Positions 15,615 to 22,952 of a DNA stretch of 32,000 nt are shown here, piece after piece. Within the stretch, counting starts at the first letter, position 1, and the number at the start of each line of letters is the position of its first letter. The notes beneath the pieces are model-generated. The model worked only from the letters and a program-made list of their open reading frames with translations, ran no database searches and was not told where the DNA came from. The DNA comes from Candidatus Micrarchaeum sp. Its GTDB lineage: Archaea; Micrarchaeota; Micrarchaeia; Micrarchaeales; Micrarchaeaceae. The stretch lies in the NCBI RefSeq assembly GCF_016806735.1, contig NZ_CP060530.1, forward strand, positions 120,001 through 152,000. The letters are read 5' to 3'. Made by a program: the position numbers and the translations under genes.

Positions 15615-16025
15615 ATGCGCTTCATGTGTTGGCATGTGGATTACGTAAAGGCCGAGCCCAAAGGCGCGGGAAGGTCTGGCGTTATAGAGCAGGGATCTCC
15701 GATAGACGCAGGGGAATCGCTCCTCATATTCGCAAACTTCGAGAAAAAGGACGAATTGTCAAAGCAGAACACTGTGGACGCCGTAACGTTCGAGATACAG
15801 AAGATAGCGGCACAGCTCAAGGTGGGAACTATAGTGCTCAATCCGTTCGCACATCTTTTTGGTGACAACGCCTCTCCACAGGAATCGGCAATAATGCTTT
15901 CGATGCTGGAAAAGTCCCTGCTTGACCGCAATTTCACGGTCAAGAAGATGTCGTTTGGGATTTTCTATGAGCTGGAGCTCAAGGCAAAGGGCCACCCGCT
16001 CTCAAGAATATCCCGCTCCTTCTGA
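15615..16025 (+). CDS. free-standing archaeal threonyl-tRNA synthetase-type editing domain (tRNA-Thr_ED, DTD-like fold)
   Basis: 136 aa from ATG 15615. MRFMCWHVDYVKAE..., IVLNPFAHLFGDNASPQESAIMLSMLEKSLLDRNFTVKKMSFGIFYELELKAKGHPLSRISRSF is collinear with the N-terminal editing domain of Pyrococcus ThrRS, as I recall it (MRVLLIHSDY..., YPFAHLS..., PFGYYKAF.I.CKGHPLSELSR). No synthetase core or anticodon-binding domain follows. Confidence 0.8.
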   Translation: MRFMCWHVDYVKAEPKGAGRSGVIEQGSPIDAGESLLIFANFEKKDELSKQNTVDAVTFEIQKIAAQLKVGTIVLNPFAHLFGDNASPQESAIMLSMLEKSLLDRNFTVKKMSFGIFYELELKAKGHPLSRISRSF

Positions 16026-16079
16026 ACGTGCCTTTCGGAATGTTATAAATCTTTTTCTTGCGAATTATTCCTGATTGAA

Positions 16080-16601
16080 ATGCGCATGCTCATATTTTTG
16101 CCACCGGTCGATTTCAGGGAGGAAAGCCTATCCACGCTGAAACTTTTCTTCGACAGATGGGGAATAGGCTATTCTACCACAAGCTATACCAAGTCAGAAT
16201 GCAGGGGCAAGCACGGCGCGTCAGTGAAGCCAGACGTGCACACCGCAAACGTCGACGTGCACGACTATGACGGCATAGTGTTTCTTGACGGAGACGGGGT
16301 CGACACTTCCAGGCTTTACGAGTTCAGACCTCTTCTGGACCTTGCAATGGTGTTTGACAACGCAGGCAAGCAGATATGGGCGATAGGCAACGCAGTCAAG
16401 ATCGTGGCACGGGCCAACATAATAAAGGGCAAGGAGCTCTCAATGCCCAAGAATGAGGAAACCCTGCGCCTTGTAAGGCTTTTCCACGGCGAGCCTTCGC
16501 CATCGTCATACAAGATATCCGGAAATCTGGTTACCATAAGCTCCGGCCCTGCGATAGAGTCCAGCATCGATTCGATACTTTCGGACCTCAACATAAAGTA
16601 A
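16080..16601 (+). CDS. DJ-1/PfpI-fold protein lacking the nucleophile Cys
   Basis: 173 aa, collinear with PfpI-type proteins (GKHGASVKPD..DYDGIVFLDGDG..). At the nucleophile elbow the canonical A-I-C-H-G is replaced by A-I-G-N-A (KQIWAIGNAVKIV). Confidence 0.65.
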   Translation: MRMLIFLPPVDFREESLSTLKLFFDRWGIGYSTTSYTKSECRGKHGASVKPDVHTANVDVHDYDGIVFLDGDGVDTSRLYEFRPLLDLAMVFDNAGKQIWAIGNAVKIVARANIIKGKELSMPKNEETLRLVRLFHGEPSPSSYKISGNLVTISSGPAIESSIDSILSDLNIK

Positions 16602-16605
16602 TACT

Positions 16606-16923
16606 ATGCCAAGACAAAGCCCAAAAACCAAGGATTTGGCACGGGCCATAGCAAGGAAGCGCGTAGCCGGTCTTATTTCATTGTCTGAAAAGGCCCTCAG
16701 GGATGGCAACCAGGAACTTTCAAGACGCTATGCAGAGCTTGCCTCCAAAATACAGTCCCATTACAGGATACGCCCGTCTCTCAGGTACAGGGTGTGCAAA
16801 AACTGCGGCTCAATACTTGTGCCAGGAATAACTTCTTCTACAAGGCTTTCAAGCAGCCGAGGGTACATAGTAGTAAAGTGCATGGTTTGCGGCACAGAGC
16901 TGCACAAGGTATATAAAAAATAG
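16606..16923 (+). CDS. rnp4: RNase P protein component 4 (Rpp21/Rpr2 family)
   Basis: 105 aa. The N-terminal helical region is ARAIARKRVAGLISLSEKALRDGNQELSRRYAELASKI. The zinc ribbon is CKNCGSILVPG...VVKCMVCG. Confidence 0.85.
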   Translation: MPRQSPKTKDLARAIARKRVAGLISLSEKALRDGNQELSRRYAELASKIQSHYRIRPSLRYRVCKNCGSILVPGITSSTRLSSSRGYIVVKCMVCGTELHKVYKK

Positions 16924-16947
16924 CAAACAAGAGCTTATGGTGTTTGC

Positions 16948-17637
16948 TTGGAATATAAAATAGTCGGAAACAGTATGCAGTCTCTGGCGATAAGGCTCGA
17001 GAGCGGTGAAGCAATATATGCCGATTCGGGCAAGGTCATAAGCAAATCGTCTGTCATAAAGATGGAGCCAAAGCTTGCCGGAGGCGTTGTAGGTGCCCTA
17101 GAAAGGAAATTCACCGGCGCTTCTGGGTTTCTTACCGAATTCAAGGCGGTCGGCTCAGAAGGGGTATTGAACGTCGCAGGCATAATACCTGGAAAAATAT
17201 ATGCGGTACAGCTTGGAGATGGCGATGAGTTCATAGCGGAGCATTATGCTTTCATAGCCGCGCAGGAAAGCGTGAAATTCAGCATAGAAACGGTTGGGAT
17301 AGGGGCTGCCTTTTTCGGCGGCGCTGGCCTAATACTCCAGAGGTTTACCGGCCCAGGGACCCTGTTTATACACGTAGCCGGAGACATAATAGAGTACAAT
17401 GTCACAGACTCTGACCCATTGGAAATAGATCCGGGACACATAGCAGGTTTTGATGCATCGCTGAAATACAAAATAACGTTCGTTGACAACATAAAAACTG
17501 CAATGTTCGGCGGTGTCGGCCTGTTCCTGGCAAAGTTCGAGGGAAACGGCAAAGTGGTGGCGCACTCGGTATCAAGATACAAGCTGTCGAGCGAGCTGTA
17601 CCTGCAGGGAAGGGAAGATACCAAAAACAACAAATGA
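16948..17637 (+). CDS. AIM24 family protein (TIGR00266/DUF124)
   Basis: 229 aa with the family pattern MEYKIVGNSMQSLAIRLESGEAIYADSGKVI, GGAGLILQRFTGPGTLFIHVAGDI, DPGHIAGFD, MFGGVGLFLAKFEGNGKV. The start is a TTG with GGTG 6 nt upstream. Confidence 0.8.
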   Translation: MEYKIVGNSMQSLAIRLESGEAIYADSGKVISKSSVIKMEPKLAGGVVGALERKFTGASGFLTEFKAVGSEGVLNVAGIIPGKIYAVQLGDGDEFIAEHYAFIAAQESVKFSIETVGIGAAFFGGAGLILQRFTGPGTLFIHVAGDIIEYNVTDSDPLEIDPGHIAGFDASLKYKITFVDNIKTAMFGGVGLFLAKFEGNGKVVAHSVSRYKLSSELYLQGREDTKNNK

Positions 17638-17642
17638 GAAGT

Positions 17643-18635
17643 TTAGCCTATCTTGCTGAAATCTATTATCCTGTTGCGGGCGGATTCCTCGTCCCTGGCA
17701 AGCAGAACAACCCTGCTCGGTGCGTGCTCGGATACGCGCTTGTATCCCGTAAGCTCCGCGAGCCTGTCTGCAAAATCCCTGATCTCCGAATGGTTTGGCA
17801 TGCTGGAGAGGCTCAGCCCTCTCTCTTCGTTCCTAGCGCCTCCGACGTATGAGAAACCCTTCACTTCAACGTAATTGGGCATGGCCCTCTTTATGAGGCC
17901 AGCATAGCCTTCCTCATTCTTCATGTTCAGCCCTTTTATAAGCGTCATCCTAAGCACGGTCCTGGTTTTAAGTGTGTGCAGCATGTCCAGTGACTTCATG
18001 AACCTGTTCCACGTATCCTTTATCTTCGGCCTTGTGACATAAATGTAGGTTTCTTCGTCAGGGGCCTGGAGCGATATGTAAAGCTGAGTAGGCAGCGGGT
18101 CCAGCTTTGCTATTGCTTCCGGAAGCGTTCCGTTGCTTACCAGGAATGTGCTTATGCCTTTCTTGTGGAAAGCGCTCAGCAGCCCGGCCAGCTTCGGATA
18201 GAAAGTCGGCTCCCCAGTAAGGCTTATGGCCACGTGCTTGGGCTCGTTCGCCTCGTTCCACCTCCTCATTTTAAGCTCGTTGTCGGCAATAGACTTGTAG
18301 CCGCTGACTATGCGCCTCTGCTCTTTTATCATCCCTTCGACTATGCCTTCTGGATCATCCCACTCGCTCAGTGCGTTGAGCTCGTTCCACTTGAAGCCCT
18401 CTTCTTCGGGTATCAGCCTCCAGCAGAACCTGCAGCCGATATCGCACCCTATGGCCGGAGTGCCCTGTATGCACTGCCAGCTCCTTATGCCGTAAAAAGT
18501 ATACTTGTAGCATAGGGTCTCGCCCCTGAGCCCATTGGCAGTGTACTCGCAGATTTTCACTGCCGAGTGCTGGCCCACGAAGTGGTAGCCCTGCTTTTCC
18601 ATCCTCTTCTGCAATTGCTCCGGCATGTTTGCCAA
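17643..18635 (-). CDS. taw1: tRNA 4-demethylwyosine synthase (radical SAM, Taw1/TYW1)
   Basis: 330 aa. GYHFVGQHSAVKICEYTANGLRGETLCYKYTFYGIRSWQCIQGTPAIGCDIGCRFCWR carries the auxiliary-cluster Cys residues plus the CxxxCxxC radical-SAM motif, as in archaeal Taw1. Confidence 0.9.
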   Translation of the reverse strand: MANMPEQLQKRMEKQGYHFVGQHSAVKICEYTANGLRGETLCYKYTFYGIRSWQCIQGTPAIGCDIGCRFCWRLIPEEEGFKWNELNALSEWDDPEGIVEGMIKEQRRIVSGYKSIADNELKMRRWNEANEPKHVAISLTGEPTFYPKLAGLLSAFHKKGISTFLVSNGTLPEAIAKLDPLPTQLYISLQAPDEETYIYVTRPKIKDTWNRFMKSLDMLHTLKTRTVLRMTLIKGLNMKNEEGYAGLIKRAMPNYVEVKGFSYVGGARNEERGLSLSSMPNHSEIRDFADRLAELTGYKRVSEHAPSRVVLLARDEESARNRIIDFSKIG

Positions 18636-18718
18636 TAAAACACCGAATAGACTAAACGCTCAGATATGTCCTGTTTCAGCTATTTAATACGTTCGGAAAA
18701 ATAAATTCCCAAATATAC

Positions 18719-18742
18719 AAAAAAAGAGAAAAAAAAACAAAA
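18719..18742 (-). terminator. oligo-T terminator region after the DUF1059 gene
   Basis: The minus strand reads T4-C-T9-CTC-T7, 31-54 nt downstream of the stop at 18773-18775. Confidence 0.5.
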
Positions 18743-18772
18743 TAGATTGTCAACAGCCTAAAATATGGAGAT

Positions 18773-18952
18773 TCAAGCGCTTTTTATGGCAGCCTTTACT
18801 TTCTTCATAGTTGCGTCGTCTATCTTGTTCATTCCATGTGCTTCCTTAGCGTGCTTAGCGATTTTCTGCATAAGGTCCTGTTCGTTCGCGGCTTCTGCCG
18901 TAAATCCGCACTGCATTCCGATGTCTTTGCATGCAAATGTTTTCTTTGCCAT
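18773..18952 (-). CDS. small DUF1059-type protein (59 aa)
   Basis: Below the ORF-track size cut-off. The reverse strand encodes MAKKTFACKDIGMQCGFTAEAANEQDLMQKIAKHAKEAHGMNKIDDATMKKVKAAIKSA. The C-K-D-x-G-x-x-C-x-F start and overall size are typical of DUF1059. GGTGG lies ~8 nt upstream of the ATG. It replaces the antisense track ORF 18765..19046. Confidence 0.75.
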   Translation of the reverse strand: MAKKTFACKDIGMQCGFTAEAANEQDLMQKIAKHAKEAHGMNKIDDATMKKVKAAIKSA

Positions 18953-19016
18953 TCATACCACCATTACTAATTGGCATCGGTCCTATTTATTTGTAGCAGT
19001 CCAGCGCGAAAGTGAT

Positions 19017-19430
19017 TTAAACCCTATGTTTTCTCAAAACGCTTAAAAGCTCGGCCTTCTCCTCGCTGCCAAGTTCGTGCCTTTTCGAGTATCCCGGGGA
19101 GTACCTCGGTATGATGTGTATGTGCGTGTGCATGACAACCTGCCCTGCGTATTCCCCTATATTGGTGCCAACGTTGACTCCCTTGGCACCCAATTTTTCC
19201 ATGGCAAGCCTGGCAAAATCCTGGGCAACGCTAAAGCACACTGAGAGCTCGTCTTTCGGCACTTCGAGCATATTTTCGTAGTGCTTTTTCGTTATTACAA
19301 GCATGTGACCCTTGGACACCGGATTTATGTCAAGGACCACATAACAATTAGCGTCATCGTAGATATGGTCTCCAGAATCGGCAGCGAGCCTGCAGAAAAC
19401 GCAATCCAATCTACCAGTCCCCCTGTTCAA
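19017..19430 (-). CDS. HIT (histidine triad) family nucleotide hydrolase/transferase
   Basis: 137 aa. CVFCRL..., NPVSKGHMLVITKKH, and the histidine triad HTHIHIIPR. Confidence 0.9.
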   Translation of the reverse strand: MNRGTGRLDCVFCRLAADSGDHIYDDANCYVVLDINPVSKGHMLVITKKHYENMLEVPKDELSVCFSVAQDFARLAMEKLGAKGVNVGTNIGEYAGQVVMHTHIHIIPRYSPGYSKRHELGSEEKAELLSVLRKHRV

Positions 19431-19938
19431 GCTTAAGAAGCCTGTCAGTTATGTCGTTTTTGGCGCTTATTATGCTACTCATTAGGTGCTTTGCAACTTC
19501 CTCGGTATGGGTTCCGGCATATTCAACGGCCAGAAGCTTAAGCCTGTCTATCATATCCTTGTCCTCGGTTAGTGCTGCCCTGAGTATGTCTCCTATGCTG
19601 CTTGCATTGGCCTCCTCCAGCTCCTGCCCCTCCAAATGGTCGTATACCTGGAAATCGGTAGTTTTCCTGAGCTTTATCTCGCTGAGCCTATCATTCTCTA
19701 TGACGTCCCTAAGCGCCATGGCTTCCTCAAGGCACTTGTTTTCCTTTGACATTATATACATTATGTTGAATTTTATGTTGTCGTAGGACGTCTCATTCGC
19801 TATTTTATTATATTCGGCAATCCTGCGCTCCTTGAATTTTATGAAGCTGCCAATGTGCCTTAGGGCTACTTCCTGGTCTTCTTTGTTTGATATGGACTTG
19901 CTTTTGCCAGATTCGTCCAAATCTTTGTTTATGTCCAT
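19411..19938 (-). CDS. hypothetical helical protein
   Basis: 175-aa ORF, acidic and predicted all-helical. Its 3' end overlaps the HIT gene start by 20 nt, suggesting co-transcription. I recognise no motif. Confidence 0.5.
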   Translation of the reverse strand: MDINKDLDESGKSKSISNKEDQEVALRHIGSFIKFKERRIAEYNKIANETSYDNIKFNIMYIMSKENKCLEEAMALRDVIENDRLSEIKLRKTTDFQVYDHLEGQELEEANASSIGDILRAALTEDKDMIDRLKLLAVEYAGTHTEEVAKHLMSSIISAKNDITDRLLKLEQGDW

Positions 19939-20046
19939 TAAATCACTAGCGTTTAATCTGTTAATAATATTTATCGCTTTCGTGCAATCGCTGAGATGCC
20001 AGTAAAAAACGCAAAAAATAAAAGAAAGAGGAGGTAAAACATATTG

Positions 20047-20838
20047 ATGATACTGCTAGCTCCAAAGGCTGCCAAGGCCTATTATGGGGACATGGAGACC
20101 ACGAACAAAAGGTACATAAGCGAGCTGATAAAATCAGGCTTGATCAACATGGGCCTGTCAAAGCTGCAGTATGGATACAAATCTTATTCTCTCTACGAAA
20201 GGGGCAAGAATTCGGAGCACCCGTTCATAAACGAGGTATACGCAAGGTTGGACTACCACTACATGTCAGACAAGAATATGCTGAGGGTGCCCAGGCCCGA
20301 CGGTTCGGACTACTACGAATTCAGAAAGGCCCTTGAGCTAATTACAATGGGTGGCATAGAAGCATACGACGAAGTGCTGAAAAGGTACGGCTCTTGCCTG
20401 GACATAGTAGAAACACTTGCAATAAGCATAAACGACATCGGATATCTCAAGCAATTCATCAAAGCCCAAAAGGACGTCTATGCCATGGCCTTCGGGATAA
20501 TGAACAACATTTTCGATTCAAAATCTAAAGAAGGCTCAGAAATTATCAATGATATGCTCTTCGGATACGACAGCAGCAAAAGTATGATACTTGCGCTTGC
20601 GGCAGTTTCATCAGAGCCTGATCACGAAACACTCATGCGCATACTCGAAGAGCAGGAATTCATTTCCCAAAAAACCGCAATATTTCATCTCCACGATCCC
20701 AAAGCAATAAAATGGCTTGCCGAAAACAGTACCTATGCAGACATAAGGTCTGCGTCATCTTACGCTTTAAAGCAGGTAAGAAAATACGACAGGCTTCTTA
20801 AGCTTGAAAAAAACGTGCGCAAAATCCTGAGGGTGTGA
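20047..20838 (+). CDS. hypothetical protein
   Basis: ORF with ATG at 20047 (the track uses TTG 20044). GGAGGT lies ~12 nt upstream. The codon usage resembles that of the neighbours. I recognise no motif. Confidence 0.5.
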   Translation: MILLAPKAAKAYYGDMETTNKRYISELIKSGLINMGLSKLQYGYKSYSLYERGKNSEHPFINEVYARLDYHYMSDKNMLRVPRPDGSDYYEFRKALELITMGGIEAYDEVLKRYGSCLDIVETLAISINDIGYLKQFIKAQKDVYAMAFGIMNNIFDSKSKEGSEIINDMLFGYDSSKSMILALAAVSSEPDHETLMRILEEQEFISQKTAIFHLHDPKAIKWLAENSTYADIRSASSYALKQVRKYDRLLKLEKNVRKILRV

Positions 20839-20841
20839 AGT

Positions 20842-22149
20842 TTACGCGTGCCTATAGTCCGAATACATGACTCCGTTGAAATACGCGAAGACAGTGTAGT
20901 TCATGCCTTCAATCGGCGACGAGCTCTGCCCCATGTAGCTCAGGTTCCCGATATCATAAATCAGGTTTGCGCTTTTTCCCGGGCCTATTGCCAAACCATC
21001 ACCATTCAGCGCGCTTGAGCTCCTGGGCAAGTTTAAAATGCCACCGCCAGAAACGTTAAAATCAAGCATTCCGCGGTACGCATTTTCCCATGCGCTTATC
21101 CTTCCTGCATATTCTACTACCGAGTAGTTCAGCGGGTCGAAATTGTTGAGCTCGTGCATTGCAATGTAGTAGCTCTGGTTCTCAAGCATCAGGCTTTCTA
21201 GGTAATTCAACCTGGAAACGTTAAGCGTAGAGTTGAAATCAGAGTAAAACTGCCCGGAATCGCTTATGGCATTGGAATTTGCCTCGGCTAAAAACTTGTT
21301 CAATGCGCTGGAGTTGGTCTGCAGGTACAATTGGGTACTGCTAAGGTTCATATCTATTCCCAAAGAGCCCATTGCGGCCAGCGTATAAGCATCCCCATTG
21401 CTGACTACATTCACCACCGGCAACGTAAAATTGCCGGATTCGGATCCAAGGAAGTAACCTGCAACTTCTATTTCTGTAAGGTTAAGTGTCCTGTTCCAGT
21501 TGTTTGTAACGTTAACGTCCAATACATATCCTGAGCTAGAATTCACTATACCGAACGAAACAGGCACTTTGCTGCTTATATTATACTGCAAAATACCCGG
21601 CCCGCTCTCGTTGTATGCAAATTGGCTTATTTCGCTCAGATTACCTCCATAATAAACAGGGTAAAGTCCGCTGCGCAATGCGATTTTCGGGTAGGAGGAA
21701 TAATAAGCCAAAGGGAACATGCGCAGCCCTATTAAGATTGCATTTGCCGAATGGAAATTATCCAATGTCAACGGTAGCTCTATGGTTCCGTTTCCAAAGC
21801 TGTTATTTTCATGCTCAAAATAAAACCGGGGCTTTTTTACCAGCAAGTCAACCGTGGCATTATCTAAGCTCCTGTTCAAGCTAGCAGCGTACATTAACGA
21901 ATCGTACAGGGAAACGGGCTTAAAGCTGCTGTAATTGAAGCTAGAAGAAACGTTTCCATGCGCCACGATAATGCCGAGGCTTGAAGAAAGATTGTAAAGA
22001 GCATATGGCAAACCTTTGCCATACAGAAATATGGGGATGGCAGACTCGGGAGCTGTTTTTACGGGCTTAGGCTCGGCAAGCAACAGCAGCGCTATTGCTA
22101 CGATAATTATTAAGGCAACAGCCGCAGTCAAAAGCCCACTCCTCACCAT
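20842..22149 (-). CDS. type-II anchored extracellular protein, sequon-dense (putative envelope glycoprotein)
   Basis: 435 aa with an N-terminal signal-anchor LLTAAVALIIIVAIALLLLA. My hand count is 24 N-x-S/T sequons. There are no Cys residues. Confidence 0.55.
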   Translation of the reverse strand: MVRSGLLTAAVALIIIVAIALLLLAEPKPVKTAPESAIPIFLYGKGLPYALYNLSSSLGIIVAHGNVSSSFNYSSFKPVSLYDSLMYAASLNRSLDNATVDLLVKKPRFYFEHENNSFGNGTIELPLTLDNFHSANAILIGLRMFPLAYYSSYPKIALRSGLYPVYYGGNLSEISQFAYNESGPGILQYNISSKVPVSFGIVNSSSGYVLDVNVTNNWNRTLNLTEIEVAGYFLGSESGNFTLPVVNVVSNGDAYTLAAMGSLGIDMNLSSTQLYLQTNSSALNKFLAEANSNAISDSGQFYSDFNSTLNVSRLNYLESLMLENQSYYIAMHELNNFDPLNYSVVEYAGRISAWENAYRGMLDFNVSGGGILNLPRSSSALNGDGLAIGPGKSANLIYDIGNLSYMGQSSSPIEGMNYTVFAYFNGVMYSDYRHA

Positions 22150-22178
22150 GCTAAGACACTAGTCTATTGCGTATCTAT

Positions 22179-22186
22179 ATTTAAAT
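22179..22186. promoter_or_regulatory. palindromic TATA element ATTTAAAT shared by divergent genes
   Basis: This is the only strong TATA-like element in the 65-nt spacer. Its centre is 33.5 nt from ATG 22149 (minus) and 32.5 nt from ATG 22215 (plus). Confidence 0.5.
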
Positions 22187-22214
22187 TTCTAATTGGATAC
22201 TCTATTGTGAATAA

Positions 22215-22952
22215 ATGAAGATCGCTTCCCAAGTTATGGCGTACGCTGTGATAGCCCTACTGGTGGTTATCATCGGCACTACAATAACCTATTATCTTGG
22301 CAGGGCGGGGAACTTCAACGTGAAGATAAACACCCCGCTTACCGCGCTTTACTTCGTGGTTGTCACATTGGGAACCGTGGGTTATGGCGATATCGTGCCA
22401 GTAACTCCAATAGCACGTGCCTTTGTAATAATACTAATACTTGTCGGGCTCAGCGTGTTCCTGAGCGCGGTTACAATAATATCGAGTGGTTTTGTGAATT
22501 CAAGAATAGAAAGCCTTAGCGGCAGAATATCAAGGATGGAAAGGAGGGGGCTTGCCAAGCACATAGTGCTGATAGGCTATGGCCCTACGAACATATACAT
22601 AGCCAAGATGCTCAAGCAGAAAGGCTCAAAATTCATAATAATAGTATCGGACAAGGTAACGTTCGACAGAATAAAATCGCTGGGCTACAGGGCGTATGTT
22701 GCCGACGAGACTCTGGCGGATGACATGGAGCAGTTCGAGCTTAAGAAGGCCAAGTACATTGTCATAGACACGAGCGATAGCGCAAGGTCTCTCTACGCTG
22801 CGATAATAGCCAAGAACATAGCGTCATCAAGGCCGGTATCTGTTGTTGCAGACAATCCAGACATGGAGAAGCACCTGAAGGGCATAGGCGTAGAGCACAT
22901 AATAAACCCTATAGAAATAGCGGCCAAGGACATCGCTTCAAGGATGGAATAG
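22215..22952 (+). CDS. 2-TM potassium channel with C-terminal RCK/TrkA-N domain
   Basis: The selectivity filter TLGTVGYGD sits between two TM helices. The Rossmann-type RCK start is HIVLIGYGPTNIYIAKML. Confidence 0.9.
   Translation: MKIASQVMAYAVIALLVVIIGTTITYYLGRAGNFNVKINTPLTALYFVVVTLGTVGYGDIVPVTPIARAFVIILILVGLSVFLSAVTIISSGFVNSRIESLSGRISRMERRGLAKHIVLIGYGPTNIYIAKMLKQKGSKFIIIVSDKVTFDRIKSLGYRAYVADETLADDMEQFELKKAKYIVIDTSDSARSLYAAIIAKNIASSRPVSVVADNPDMEKHLKGIGVEHIINPIEIAAKDIASRME

Noticed and set aside
18719-18742. A-rich tract (A7-GAG-A9-C-A4), considered as a possible replication-origin unwinding element or ncRNA.
   Set aside because: There are no flanking origin-recognition-box repeats and no orc1/cdc6 gene. 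On the minus strand it is an oligo-T run at the right distance after the DUF1059 stop, so a terminator is the simplest reading.
18765-19046. 93-aa plus-strand ORF from the track.
   Set aside because: It overlaps the HIT gene 3' end and the better-supported minus-strand DUF1059 gene. It has no RBS or promoter context, and its sequence is hydrophobic and Cys-rich with no family resemblance.
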